From Candidatus Carthagonibacter metallireducens (lineage in GTDB: Bacteria; Gemmatimonadota; Gemmatimonadetes; Palauibacterales; Palauibacteraceae): 64,000 bases of DNA. The notes beneath the pieces were generated by a model. That model did not search any database. It saw nothing but the letters and a program-made list of their open reading frames with translations, and had not been told where the DNA came from. Within the stretch, counting starts at the first letter, position 1, and the number at the start of each line of letters is the position of its first letter. The stretch is taken from the NCBI GenBank assembly GCA_023554445.1, contig JAMJQQ010000036.1, positions 24,778-88,777 of the forward strand, in the 5' to 3' direction. The translations under genes and the position numbers were made by a program. Shown piece by piece: positions 9,233 through 18,327 of this stretch.

Positions 9233-10408
9233 TCAGCGCTGCGAAAACCAGTCCCGCAGCAGCTCCGCACCCCGCGCGAGTATCTCATCTTCCACCGAGA
9301 AGTTGAGCCGCAGGAATCCGGGGGTGCCGAATGCCTCGCCGGGCACGCAGGCGACTCCGGTCTCCTGCAGAAGCGCCTCCGCGACCTCGGCCGAATCCAC
9401 ATCGGCTGCACCGCCATCGATTCGGCCGTACAGGTAGATCGCGCCCGGCGGGAGCGGTACCTCGAGTCCATCGATGCCCTGCAGTTCCGCATGCGCCGAT
9501 CTTCGGCGTCGGTCCAGGATGGCCCTGAAGTCCGCTATGACCTTTTCACGACCCTCCGAGGCGAGGACCGCCGCCGCAGCGAACTGCGACGGGCCAGCAG
9601 CGGCCGAGGTCGTCTGGCTCTGGAGATCTGAGGCTTTCTTGATGAGCGCCGCCGGCCCGACCGCCCAGCCGATGCGCCAGCCGGGCATGGAAAACGCCTT
9701 GGACATGCCATCCATCGCCACGACGTGCTCGGGTCGATCCTCGACGTCGAACACCGACGGGGCAGGCGTTCCATCGTAGTGCAAGCGCCGGTAGATCTCG
9801 TCGGAGAGAATCCAGATGCCGTGCTCACCCGCCCAGGCGCAGATGCTCTCCAGGGTATCCTGATCCATGACCGCCCCGGAGGGATTCGAAGGACTGTTGA
9901 GGAACAGCCCTCGTGTCGAGTCGGTTCGCATCGACTCGAGCCCGTCGACGGTCAATGCAAAGCCCTCGTCGAAGTCGGTGGGGACGACCACCGGTGTCGC
10001 GCGCGCGAGCTCCACGATCGCCAGGTACGAGGTCCAGAACGGTGCCGGGACCAGGACCTCGTCTCCCTCTCCGAACAGGGAGAAGCAGAGGTTGAAGAGA
10101 GCCTGTTTGACGCCAGCACTGACCAGAACGCCCGCCGGATCCTCGGGCGCATGGGCCGAGGTTTCGACCAGATAGCGAGTGACCCCCTCGCGCAGTTCGG
10201 GAAACCCGGGCGTCGGCGGGTAGCCTGTCCTGCCCGCCCTGACGGCAGCCGCCGATCCCTCGGCCGCCACCTCCGGCGTGGCGAAGGAAGGCTCACCGGC
10301 TGACAGGTCGATGATCGACCGACCCTCGGACCGCATCTTCCGGGCTCGAGCGGTGATGGCCAGGGTCGCAGATGGCTTCAGAGCGGAGACATTGGTCGAG
10401 AAGCGCAC
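9233..10408 (-). CDS. class I/II pyridoxal-phosphate aminotransferase (aspartate/aromatic aminotransferase family)
   Basis: ALKPSATLAITARARKMRSEGRSIIDLSAGEP, then a PLP-lysine context MSKAFSMPGWRIGWAVGP. The track ORF runs 618 aa to 11089, but the aminotransferase domain starts about 225 aa in. The GTG at 10408 (V228), with GGGAG 6 nt upstream, gives a normal 391-aa protein. The 5' extension is an antisense shadow of the moa genes. Confidence 0.8.
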   Translation of the reverse strand: MRFSTNVSALKPSATLAITARARKMRSEGRSIIDLSAGEPSFATPEVAAEGSAAAVRAGRTGYPPTPGFPELREGVTRYLVETSAHAPEDPAGVLVSAGVKQALFNLCFSLFGEGDEVLVPAPFWTSYLAIVELARATPVVVPTDFDEGFALTVDGLESMRTDSTRGLFLNSPSNPSGAVMDQDTLESICAWAGEHGIWILSDEIYRRLHYDGTPAPSVFDVEDRPEHVVAMDGMSKAFSMPGWRIGWAVGPAALIKKASDLQSQTTSAAAGPSQFAAAAVLASEGREKVIADFRAILDRRRRSAHAELQGIDGLEVPLPPGAIYLYGRIDGGAADVDSAEVAEALLQETGVACVPGEAFGTPGFLRLNFSVEDEILARGAELLRDWFSQR

Positions 10409-10532
10409 GACAACTCCCGCGTCGGGTAATTGAAGCGGACAGGAGGGGACGATAGCTTTCGCCCCGCGTTCGAGCAGGGTCCCGGCTTCCGAACGGCTCG
10501 TGGACCCGTACGGCAGGTGAAAACGTATTCCT

Positions 10533-10549
10533 GACGCATCGAATGCGTC
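10533..10549. promoter_or_regulatory. 7-bp inverted repeat with a 3-bp spacer (GACGCAT-CGA-ATGCGTC), 26 nt upstream of the first moa-operon ORF
   Basis: Seen in sequence. It lies within the 166-nt aminotransferase/moa divergent intergenic region and could be an operator or part of a structured leader. Confidence 0.25.
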
Positions 10550-10574
10550 AAGCAGGGCGAAAGGGTCGTGACCG

Positions 10575-10907
10575 ATGATCAGTGAGACAATCACCGCGCT
10601 GGAGCCGGATGCAGCGATCGAGTTGGCGAGAGGGTTCTTCACGGATCCGCGGTCGCCGCTGCCCGCAACGGTAGTCGAACACGGAGACGGACACCTGGCC
10701 GTCGAGACCTTTCGCAGCACCGTGGCCGTGTCGGCGTTCCCGGATCCCGAGGGACGCGGCACGCGAGTTCGTGTGAGCACCTTGAGGCGTAATGACGCCG
10801 TCGGGAAGCTCCTGACCTTGCTGGCGACCGAGATCCCTGCCGCTCCGGAGGGGCCGGCGAACGCGAGTCCGGCCGGGGCGGCGGAGGAAGGCCGGCCAGC
10901 GGAATGA
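10575..10907 (+). CDS. hypothetical 110-aa protein, translationally coupled to moaD
   Basis: ATG with AAGGG upstream. Third-position GC is coding-like, and the stop overlaps the moaD ATG (ATGA). I recognise no motif. Confidence 0.45.
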   Translation: MISETITALEPDAAIELARGFFTDPRSPLPATVVEHGDGHLAVETFRSTVAVSAFPDPEGRGTRVRVSTLRRNDAVGKLLTLLATEIPAAPEGPANASPAGAAEEGRPAE

Positions 10908-11161
10908 CGGCCGGCGAGTTCCCGGTCCGTGTGATGCTGTTCGGCCACTATCGGGAACTCGTCGGAGCTCCGAGCCTGGATCTCACCCTTCCCGACGGAG
11001 CGAAGGTCGAGGATCTCGTGACCCTGCTCCGGGACCTGCCCGTCCTGGCAGAACTCCCCGAACGACCGGCCGTGGCTGTGAATCGACAATACGCCGCCGC
11101 CGCCCGCGCACTCGCCCGCGGTGACGAGATCGCGTTGATCCCTCCGGTGGCCGGTGGCTGA
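10904..11161 (+). CDS. moaD: molybdopterin synthase sulfur-carrier subunit
   Basis: 85 aa, ubiquitin-like, ending in the diagnostic C-terminal Gly-Gly (PPVAGG). Confidence 0.8.
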   Translation: MTAGEFPVRVMLFGHYRELVGAPSLDLTLPDGAKVEDLVTLLRDLPVLAELPERPAVAVNRQYAAAARALARGDEIALIPPVAGG

Positions 11162-11612
11162 GCCCCGGCTGGTCGTCGGCGTCGTCGACCGACCGATTTC
11201 CGCTTCGGAGCTCGTCGAGATGGTCGGGTCGAGCGAGGATGGGGCGGTGGTCTGTTTCGAGGGAAGGGTGAGGACCCGAAATCGCGGGCGGGTCGTCGTG
11301 CGGCTGCACTACGAGGCCTATCCTGGGATGGCAGACGAGACGCTGCGGGAGATCGCTGCCGAAGCGGCCCGCATACACGCTGCGGGTTCGGTAGCCGCAT
11401 TTCACAGAACCGGCACCCTCGATATCGGCGAAGTCAGCGTCGCCATCGCCGCGTCCGCCATGCACCGGTCGAACGCATTCGATGCCGTGCGCCACGTAAT
11501 CGAGCAGGTGAAGGTCAGATTGCCCGTGTGGAAGAGGGAGGAGTACGCCGATGGCTCGAGCGAGTGGCTGGATGGGGTGACGCCGGATGCTGGAGCGGGG
11601 GTCTCGGAATGA
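11154..11612 (+). CDS. moaE: molybdopterin synthase catalytic subunit
   Basis: GTG start overlapping the moaD end. The MoaE pattern is present (CFEGRVR...LHYEAYPGMA...VWKRE). Confidence 0.8.
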   Translation: MAEPRLVVGVVDRPISASELVEMVGSSEDGAVVCFEGRVRTRNRGRVVVRLHYEAYPGMADETLREIAAEAARIHAAGSVAAFHRTGTLDIGEVSVAIAASAMHRSNAFDAVRHVIEQVKVRLPVWKREEYADGSSEWLDGVTPDAGAGVSE

Positions 11613-12589
11613 GAGATGGTTTCGGCCGCACGATCGACTACCTGCGGATCTCGGTGATCGACAAGTGCAACCTCCGGTGCAACTACTGCATGCCCGTGGA
11701 GGGCTTCGAGTGGATCCCCCGGGCGGAGCTGCTGAGTTTCGAGGAGATCGCGGCGATCGTCCGGGAGCTGGTGGGGATGGGTCTCCGTCGCGTTCGGATC
11801 ACGGGAGGAGAGCCCCTGATTCGCAAGGACCTGCCCGTGCTGGTCGCACTTCTTCGGGAGATCGATGGAGTCGAGGAGATATCTCTCTCGACCAACGGGA
11901 TTCTTCTGCCGCGGTTCGCGACCGACCTCCGGCTGGCCGGAGTGGACCGTGTCAACATCAGCCTGGACACCCTGAGGAGGGACCGGTTCGAGGCGATCGC
12001 CCGTCGTCCCGAGCGTGTGTTCGATGAGATCATGGCAGGGGTGGAGGCTGCGGAGCGCGCCGGTTTCGCTCCCATCAAGATCAATACGGTTCTGTTGCGG
12101 GGCCTCAACGATGACGAGGTCCCTCAGTTCGCGGAGCTGACGCGTTCGAGGCCCTGGCACGTCCGATTCATCGAGATGATGCCGGTCGGTGAGAACCTGC
12201 ACCTCGCGGACCGGTTCATCGGGGCCGACGAGGTGCTCGAGCGACTCGGCAGTCTTGCCGAGCTCCTGCCGGATGCGGGGCCGCGCGGGAACGGGCCGGC
12301 CCGATATTTCCGCTTTCCCGGCGCTGTCGGTTCGGTCGGCGTCATAACGCCGCTCTCGCACAATTACTGCGACAGCTGCAATCGAATGCGTCTCACCGCT
12401 GACGGTCGACTGCGGACCTGCCTGTTCGGGTCTCACGAGGCCGACCTCAAGACGCCGCTTCGCGCTGCTGGCACGGTCAGGGCGGCCGTGGAACGCGCCC
12501 TGCAGCAGAAGCCGCAGCGGCACATGCTGATCAACGGAAGTGACTCGGGTTCCGGAGGGCTGGGAGCTTTGAGTCAGATTGGTGGATGA
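11609..12589 (+). CDS. moaA: GTP 3',8-cyclase (radical SAM)
   Basis: IDYLRISVIDKCNLRCNYCMP radical-SAM CX3CX2C motif, plus the C-terminal TCLF and RMRLTADG motifs. The ATG at 11609 overlaps the moaE TGA (ATGA). The track ORF is extended 5' to 11528. Confidence 0.9.
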   Translation: MRDGFGRTIDYLRISVIDKCNLRCNYCMPVEGFEWIPRAELLSFEEIAAIVRELVGMGLRRVRITGGEPLIRKDLPVLVALLREIDGVEEISLSTNGILLPRFATDLRLAGVDRVNISLDTLRRDRFEAIARRPERVFDEIMAGVEAAERAGFAPIKINTVLLRGLNDDEVPQFAELTRSRPWHVRFIEMMPVGENLHLADRFIGADEVLERLGSLAELLPDAGPRGNGPARYFRFPGAVGSVGVITPLSHNYCDSCNRMRLTADGRLRTCLFGSHEADLKTPLRAAGTVRAAVERALQQKPQRHMLINGSDSGSGGLGALSQIGG

Positions 12590-12851
12590 TTCAGATGAGG
12601 AGATCTCCCCTGTGACATGGGAAGAGAGAAAACTGTATCAGGACGGCCGGGCGCGAATTCAGGAGCTCAAGGACCGACTCGACGACGGGGCTGCGAATGA
12701 CGCCCTCACGAGGGGCGAGGCCCTCGAAATTCTCGAGCTACTGGAGCTGTTCGCGGACCGAATGAGCCCCGAGCGCTGGGACAGGGCGCTCGAAGCGATC
12801 GCGAACGAGGCCGCGCGCCGGGCCGACATGCTGGTCGCCCGCCGGAACTGA
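12579..12851 (+). CDS. hypothetical small acidic protein (90 aa)
   Basis: TTG/GTG start overlapping the moaA stop. The predicted protein is helical and acidic (LEILELLELFADRMSPERWDRALEAIANEAARRAD), with no recognised motif and a weak start codon. Confidence 0.35.
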   Translation: MVDDSDEEISPVTWEERKLYQDGRARIQELKDRLDDGAANDALTRGEALEILELLELFADRMSPERWDRALEAIANEAARRADMLVARRN

Positions 12852-12878
12852 ACCAGTCCGATCGGGGAGCGGCGTTCA

Positions 12879-12900
12879 GGACCGGTTGCGGAACCGGGCC
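12879..12900 (+). terminator. short GC hairpin (CCGGTT-GCGG-AACCGG, extendable to 8/9 bp) 28 nt after the orfY stop
   Basis: Seen in sequence. No T-tract follows, so this is a weak terminator candidate at the end of the moa operon. Confidence 0.25.
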
Positions 12901-13012
12901 GCCCCGGTAGGTTGGGCGTCAGCGGCGCGCATCGGATCCGTCCCCCCGGGACGAGCGCACCGGACCAATAAGTCCCTTCTCATCCGCCAACCCGAGAAAC
13001 GGACGGTTCATC

Positions 13013-13939
13013 GTGGAAAGAATCACCGTAGTCGGAGCGGGGCACGTCGGAGCTACGGCGGCCCAGAGAATCGCCGAGCGCGAGCTCGCGCGGGAAGTTG
13101 TGGTGGTCGACATCCTGGAGGGAGTCCCCCAGGGCAAGGCGCTGGACCAGTGGGAATCGGCCCCGGTCGAGGGATTCGATACGCGGGTAACAGGAGCGCA
13201 AGGATACGCCGAGACCGCCGGATCGGGTATCTACGTCGTCACGGCCGGACTCGCCCGGAAGCCCGGGATGAGCCGTGACGACCTGCTGCGGAAGAACACG
13301 GAGATCATTTCGGGGATCTCGAAGGAGATCGCCCGGCACAGCCCGGATTCGATCATCATCATGGTGACGAATCCTCTCGATGTCATGTCGTACGTCGCGA
13401 TGAAGACGACGGGATTCGATCGCCAGCGGGTGGTGGGCATGGCCGGCATCCTGGATACGGCCCGCTTCCGCAGCTTCATCGCGCTCGAGCTGGACGTGAG
13501 CGTGCAGGACATCCAGGCTCTGGTGCTCGGAGGCCACGGCGACAGCATGGTCCCGATCGTCAGCACGGTCACCGTAGGCGGGATCCCCTTGACGGAAATG
13601 CTGTCCGAAGAGCGGATCGAGGCCCTCGTCGAGCGGACCCGAAAGGGAGGCGGCGAGATCGTGAAGCTGCTCGGTACCGGCAGCGCCTACTACGCGCCAT
13701 CCTCCGCGGCAGTGCAGATGGTCGAGGCAATCGTGCGGGACAAGAAGCGGATCCTGCCCTGCGCGGCCTGGCTCGAGGGCGAATTCGGTCTCGAGGGGCT
13801 CTTCCTCGGCGTGCCATGCAAGCTGGGCCAGCCGGGGCTCGAAGCAGTCCTCGAGGTGCCGCTGACGGACGCCGAGCAGCAGGCCCTGGCCGCGTCGGCG
13901 GAGGCCGTACGAGGGACGATGAGCCTCCTGTCGCTCTGA
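13013..13939 (+). CDS. mdh: malate dehydrogenase (LDH-like family)
   Basis: ITVVGAGHVGATAA Rossmann motif, MSRDDLL, and the catalytic region GGHGDSMVP. GTG start. Confidence 0.9.
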   Translation: MERITVVGAGHVGATAAQRIAERELAREVVVVDILEGVPQGKALDQWESAPVEGFDTRVTGAQGYAETAGSGIYVVTAGLARKPGMSRDDLLRKNTEIISGISKEIARHSPDSIIIMVTNPLDVMSYVAMKTTGFDRQRVVGMAGILDTARFRSFIALELDVSVQDIQALVLGGHGDSMVPIVSTVTVGGIPLTEMLSEERIEALVERTRKGGGEIVKLLGTGSAYYAPSSAAVQMVEAIVRDKKRILPCAAWLEGEFGLEGLFLGVPCKLGQPGLEAVLEVPLTDAEQQALAASAEAVRGTMSLLSL

Positions 13940-13976
13940 GGCTCAAGAGTCGAATGCCGGCGGGCCGGAGGGCGAG

Positions 13977-14498
13977 TTGAATTACCTCGAATTCCTGGCC
14001 CGCTGGTACAACCTTCCGTTCCTCCTGTTCATCGTAGCGGGAGTGCTGACAGGCATTCTCCGCCGGGTCACCCGGCGACGTGGGACTGCTGTCTCTACGG
14101 GACTCGTGGCAGCCGGCGTCGTCGGACTCACGTGGAACGGCGCCCTTCACGACCTCGGCATCGGTGATTACGAGGATCGGTTCGCGCTGGTCCTCGCCGC
14201 ATCCGCCATGATCGGCACACTCTTCGGCTGGAGCGTGCAGCGGGCGCGCAGCAAGCTCTTTCCAGCTGTCGAAGGACTGGCGTTCACGGTTGCAGGGCTG
14301 GAGGGTACGGAGGCCCGCATGATCAGCCGGGAGGTCGATCAGGAGCCCGGCTCAGGTCGAGCGCAGTGGCGGGACTCGGACGGTGTCATGCACCTGGTGA
14401 GAGTGCACACGCCGGACTCGGGGATTCGCTTCGGACGATCCGTGCGCCTGGTCGAATACGATGCGGAGTCGCGTTCCTACCGGGTCGAGGGTCTTTGA
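13977..14498 (+). CDS. membrane protein with a C-terminal NfeD-like OB-fold domain
   Basis: Two N-terminal TM helices and a C-terminal soluble beta segment (GRAQWRDSDGVMHLVRVHT...IRFGRSVRLVEYD), resembling short NfeD/YuaF proteins. TTG start. Confidence 0.4.
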   Translation: MNYLEFLARWYNLPFLLFIVAGVLTGILRRVTRRRGTAVSTGLVAAGVVGLTWNGALHDLGIGDYEDRFALVLAASAMIGTLFGWSVQRARSKLFPAVEGLAFTVAGLEGTEARMISREVDQEPGSGRAQWRDSDGVMHLVRVHTPDSGIRFGRSVRLVEYDAESRSYRVEGL

Positions 14499-14549
14499 GA
14501 CGGGCCCGGGCGCGGTAGCGTATCGGGAGGTCGGCCCCTGCGCTGGAGG

Positions 14550-15944
14550 TCAGCTCAGCGGCAGCTCGTTAGCGAGAAGCAGACGAGCCACGGTCATGCC
14601 GGGCTCCTGTGCCAGTTGCAGCCGCCGCGGCGGGTCTATCGGTTCCCAATCCGAGTCCCACAGGAGCTCGACTTCGGGGCGAAAGAGATTCTCCGGGTCG
14701 GTGGCAGTCACCCGGCCGATCTCGCCGGACGTGAGTTGCACGTAACTATCCAGGGGGAATGCGGAGATCTCGTTGACGAGCGCCGACACCACCCCCGGAT
14801 CGAACCACTCACCACCCATGGTCGCGATCTGCTCCAGGGCTTCGAGGGCGGTGTTCGGGGATCGGTAGGTCCGCGGGTGAGAAAGCGCCTCGAATACGTC
14901 GGCAACGGCTATGATCCGTGCCAGCGGGTCGATTGCGCCGCCCGTGAGTCCCACCGGGTACCCCTGACCCTGCCTGCGTTCGTGCTCCTGCAGGACTATT
15001 CGCACGAGCCATTCCCACGAATCGCCGAGGGGCTCGAGTATCTCCGCGCCCAGCTCCGGGTGCGTTCGAAGCGCCTCTCGCTGTTCCGGGGTGAAGCGTC
15101 CCGCATTCTCGAGCAACGCCTTCGGGAGCCTCGCCATACCCACGTCGTGGACCAGACCGGCGAGAATGGTCCGCACCACGTCCTCGGAGGGCAGCGCCAT
15201 TCCAAGCGCCAGCTTCCCGGCAATCACCGCGACGTTGGTGGAGTGACTTGCCAGGTCGTACGGCGTATGCGGCTCCAGGGATCGATTCACCAGCACATTG
15301 TCCAGAAGCAGGCTGGTGTGGATGCGCTCGGCGATCAGACGTGCGGCATCCAGATCCGGGGTCAGGTCACGGGCGGCCGAGCCGAGCACGGTTTCCACGG
15401 TGACTGCAGCTTCCGCGTAGAGCCTGGAGGAAGCCCCGGCTTCGGGCCGTCGGGCTCGAACCCCGGGCGCGCCACCGGCGTCGGTCACCACTCCCCTCAG
15501 AGCTCCGTTGAGAAGCACCGGTGAGCAGGGGAGAGTTAGAAACAGCTCGGCGCCTCGAGCGCGAGAGGAAGGATCCCCACTCCTCGAGCCATCGAGCAGG
15601 ATCAACGAGCGGACCCCCGTGCGACCGATACCGTCTTCTTCCTGCCCGGGGGCGAGCGAGGCCGAGTCCGCGAGAGCGTCTTCATGCACCACGAGCAGCT
15701 CGGCTCCTGCCTCGGCCGCCGCGGTAAGCGGATCGCCACCGGCATCAGCCCCGAGGGACTGGAGTCCCGGAACGGCCTCGGAGAGGACACGCAACAGCTC
15801 TCCGCTGCCCCGGGGAGGGAGCAGTACGACCGCTCGCGATCGCTCGCCGGGCGTATCCATGCTCATCATCGGGTTCGTTCCTCGCATCTGAGGTTCCTCT
15901 TGCGTACCGAACTCGATTATCGTCTGCCGGCCCCCGCCTGCCAA
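14550..15944 (-). CDS. HD-GYP domain phosphodiesterase with an N-terminal degenerate receiver-like domain
   Basis: HD motif LVHDVGMARLP, HPELGAEIL, and HD-GYP signature HHERRQGQGYPVGL. The N-terminal roughly 130 aa are receiver-like but lack the DD and phospho-Asp pattern. The start could be Met20 or Met26 rather than 15944. Confidence 0.75.
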   Translation of the reverse strand: MAGGGRQTIIEFGTQEEPQMRGTNPMMSMDTPGERSRAVVLLPPRGSGELLRVLSEAVPGLQSLGADAGGDPLTAAAEAGAELLVVHEDALADSASLAPGQEEDGIGRTGVRSLILLDGSRSGDPSSRARGAELFLTLPCSPVLLNGALRGVVTDAGGAPGVRARRPEAGASSRLYAEAAVTVETVLGSAARDLTPDLDAARLIAERIHTSLLLDNVLVNRSLEPHTPYDLASHSTNVAVIAGKLALGMALPSEDVVRTILAGLVHDVGMARLPKALLENAGRFTPEQREALRTHPELGAEILEPLGDSWEWLVRIVLQEHERRQGQGYPVGLTGGAIDPLARIIAVADVFEALSHPRTYRSPNTALEALEQIATMGGEWFDPGVVSALVNEISAFPLDSYVQLTSGEIGRVTATDPENLFRPEVELLWDSDWEPIDPPRRLQLAQEPGMTVARLLLANELPLS

Positions 15945-15985
15945 GCGCTCTCGCCTCCCGGCGCGCCCAGGAGCATCTTGAACTT

Positions 15986-16366
15986 ATGAACAGAACTGCC
16001 TGGATTCTCGGTTCGCTCTCCGCTTTCGTCTGCGTCGCTGCCGGGGCATTCGGAGCGCATGCGCTCGAGTCCGTCGTCGATCCGGACCTCCTCGTGGTCT
16101 ACGAGACGGGCGTGCGCTACCAGATGTTCCATGCCCTGGCCCTGCTCGCCATCGGCCTGGGTGCTACGGTCCGGCCTGAAGGGCGGTGGTCGATTCCGAT
16201 CTGGCTCTTCGCCTGCGGCACGGTCCTGTTCTCCGGCAGCCTCTACCTCATGGCGCTGACAGGCGCCCGGTGGCTGGGTGCGGTCACCCCGATCGGCGGT
16301 CTCTGCTTCCTCGCGGGCTGGATCGCCACCGGATTCATAGGCGCACGCAGGAAGACCTCCACTTGA
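15986..16366 (+). CDS. DUF423 (YgdD-like) small membrane protein
   Basis: 126 aa with four TM segments (GAFGAHAL...YQMFHALALLAIGL), typical of DUF423. Confidence 0.65.
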   Translation: MNRTAWILGSLSAFVCVAAGAFGAHALESVVDPDLLVVYETGVRYQMFHALALLAIGLGATVRPEGRWSIPIWLFACGTVLFSGSLYLMALTGARWLGAVTPIGGLCFLAGWIATGFIGARRKTST

Positions 16367-16384
16367 GCACCCGACCGGGCCAGC

Positions 16385-16939
16385 TCAGAGGCGAGGCGGA
16401 GTCACCCCGGTCTGTCCCTGGTACTTCCCCTTCTTGTCGGCGTAGCTGACCTCGCACGGCTCGTCGGATTCGAAGAACAGGACCTGTGCAATCCCTTCGT
16501 TCGCGTAGATCCGGGCAGGGAGGGGAGTCGTGTTGCTGATCTCCAGGGTCACGTGGCCTTCCCATTCCGGCTCGAAGGGCGTGACGTTGGTGATGATGCC
16601 GCAGCGAGCATAGGTCGACTTGCCCACGCAGATCGTCAGCACGTTTCGCGGGATTCGGAAGTACTCGATCGACCGCGCGAGTGCGAACGAATTCGGCGGC
16701 ACAATGCAGATATCGCCCTGGAACTCTATGAAGGAACGCTCATCGAATGACTTCGGGTCAACGACGGGAGCCAGAGCATTGTGAAAGATCCGGAACTCGT
16801 CGGACACCCGCATGTCGTACCCGTAGCTGGACAATCCGTAGGAAATCACACCCTCCCGGACCTGGCGCTCCGTGAATGGCTCGATCATCCCGTGCTCGGT
16901 GGCCATGCGGCGAATCCAGCCGTCGCTCTTGATGCTCAT
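16385..16939 (-). CDS. dcd: dCTP deaminase
   Basis: [12 protein letters not shown] start, then [22 protein letters not shown] and [11 protein letters not shown]. The start was trimmed to the ATG at 16939, which overlaps the hydrolase stop (ATGA). Confidence 0.9.
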   Translation of the reverse strand: MSIKSDGWIRRMATEHGMIEPFTERQVREGVISYGLSSYGYDMRVSDEFRIFHNALAPVVDPKSFDERSFIEFQGDICIVPPNSFALARSIEYFRIPRNVLTICVGKSTYARCGIITNVTPFEPEWEGHVTLEISNTTPLPARIYANEGIAQVLFFESDEPCEVSYADKKGKYQGQTGVTPPRL

Positions 16940-17805
16940 CTTCGGTCTGTCCTCCCCGGCTGCCCGGCGCCGTCGAGTTCGAGGATCATCTGAACGACCC
17001 GGTCCGGAGCTTCCTCGGGCACTCCGTGGGCACACTCTTCCAACACGTCATACGGACCTCCGAGGCGGGCCGCCCAGCGGGCGACCTCCTTCGGCGGAGC
17101 GCGACGGTCATGTCGACCTGTGACGAGCCGCACGTGCGTTTCCGCGGGCACAGCACATGAATCGAGCTCCGAAGGTCGCCAGTCGGCGACGACTCGAAGA
17201 ATCGCGTCGATCTTGTCACCCGAGTCGAGGGTGTCTGCGTATCTCCGGATCGTTTCTTCCGTCGCCTTGCGCGGATCGGCGTACACGCGCCGCGTGAGGA
17301 TATACCGGGTGAGGGGTCGGCGGTAGTGCCTGACGAACGGGAGGAGCACCCGCCGCACAGCGGGGAGGGAGAGAAGGTCGAGCACCGGCGGGCGGCGAGT
17401 CCACGGACTGACCGGATTGATGAGCAGGAGCCCGCCGCACTCTCGAACGGCTGAGAGTGCAACGGCCAGCGCCGCTCCGTGGGAATGTCCGACCACGATC
17501 GGCGACCTGAGATCCAGCTCGTCGAACAGTGCGACGATTCGATCCGTCTCGTCGCCGAGTCGAAATCTGTCTCCCGGCGAAGCGGGCGATGCCCCCCGAC
17601 CCGCGAGGTCCGGTGCGACGAGTCGATAGCGGTCGGTGAGGCGGGGCATCAGCGAGGCCCATTCGGTCCGATTCGCGCTCAGACCGTGCAGCAGCAGGAG
17701 GTCTCGCCCCCGGCCCGAGACGAGTGCGAAGAGATCCCCGACCCGGCGCTCCTCGGCCGAGTCGGATCCCCCGGCAAAGCGCTCTTGTGCTCGGGAACCG
17801 GTCAT
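16936..17805 (-). CDS. alpha/beta-fold hydrolase
   Basis: [10 protein letters not shown] oxyanion region and a GHSHG nucleophile elbow. 289 aa. Confidence 0.75.
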   Translation of the reverse strand: MTGSRAQERFAGGSDSAEERRVGDLFALVSGRGRDLLLLHGLSANRTEWASLMPRLTDRYRLVAPDLAGRGASPASPGDRFRLGDETDRIVALFDELDLRSPIVVGHSHGAALAVALSAVRECGGLLLINPVSPWTRRPPVLDLLSLPAVRRVLLPFVRHYRRPLTRYILTRRVYADPRKATEETIRRYADTLDSGDKIDAILRVVADWRPSELDSCAVPAETHVRLVTGRHDRRAPPKEVARWAARLGGPYDVLEECAHGVPEEAPDRVVQMILELDGAGQPGRTDRR

Positions 17806-17951
17806 AGTCTCTTATCCGCTACGTGAATTCCGGTGCGTCGCCCGAATGTGGTGATCCGTGCCTGAAAACGCACGTTCTGTTTACGCTGCCATGGGTCGCG
17901 CTCAGGTTTCGCGCGACGAGTGAGACCGTTCACACCGTGCCGGGACTGGTC

Positions 17952-18308
17952 ATGCGGCAGGCATACATCGGCATCGCCATCCTTCTCGTCGTCGGCCTGC
18001 TCAACGCAGGCCTCTTCCTGGCGTTGTCCCATCTCGCCAGCGTTCGACGGCCGACGAAGGTGAAGGCTTCGGCCTACGAGTCGGGGATCGATCCGCTCGG
18101 CGACACGCGCGACCGTTTTTCGGTCAAGTTCTACATGGTCGCGATCCTGTTCATCGTCTTCGACATCGAGACGATATTCTTCTTTCCGTGGGCCTCGATA
18201 TTCCGCGAACTGGGGCTGCCCGGGCTGATCGCGATGTCCGTGTTCGTGCTCGTGCTCGGTGTCGGGCTGGCGTATGAGTGGAAGAAGGGCGCGCTGGAAT
18301 GGGAATGA
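17952..18308 (+). CDS. nuoA: NADH-quinone oxidoreductase subunit A
   Basis: 118 aa from the internal ATG ([17 protein letters not shown]...), with the [12 protein letters not shown] motif. The track ORF is extended 5'. Confidence 0.85.
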   Translation: MRQAYIGIAILLVVGLLNAGLFLALSHLASVRRPTKVKASAYESGIDPLGDTRDRFSVKFYMVAILFIVFDIETIFFFPWASIFRELGLPGLIAMSVFVLVLGVGLAYEWKKGALEWE

Positions 18309-18327
18309 TGCGAGGGGGCTCACGGGG

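Noticed and set aside
10409-11089. N-terminal 227-aa extension of the 618-aa minus-strand aminotransferase ORF
   Set aside because: The aminotransferase domain begins at about residue 228, and a GTG with a GGGAG RBS is present there. The extension overlaps the plus-strand orfX and moaD and has no similarity to anything.
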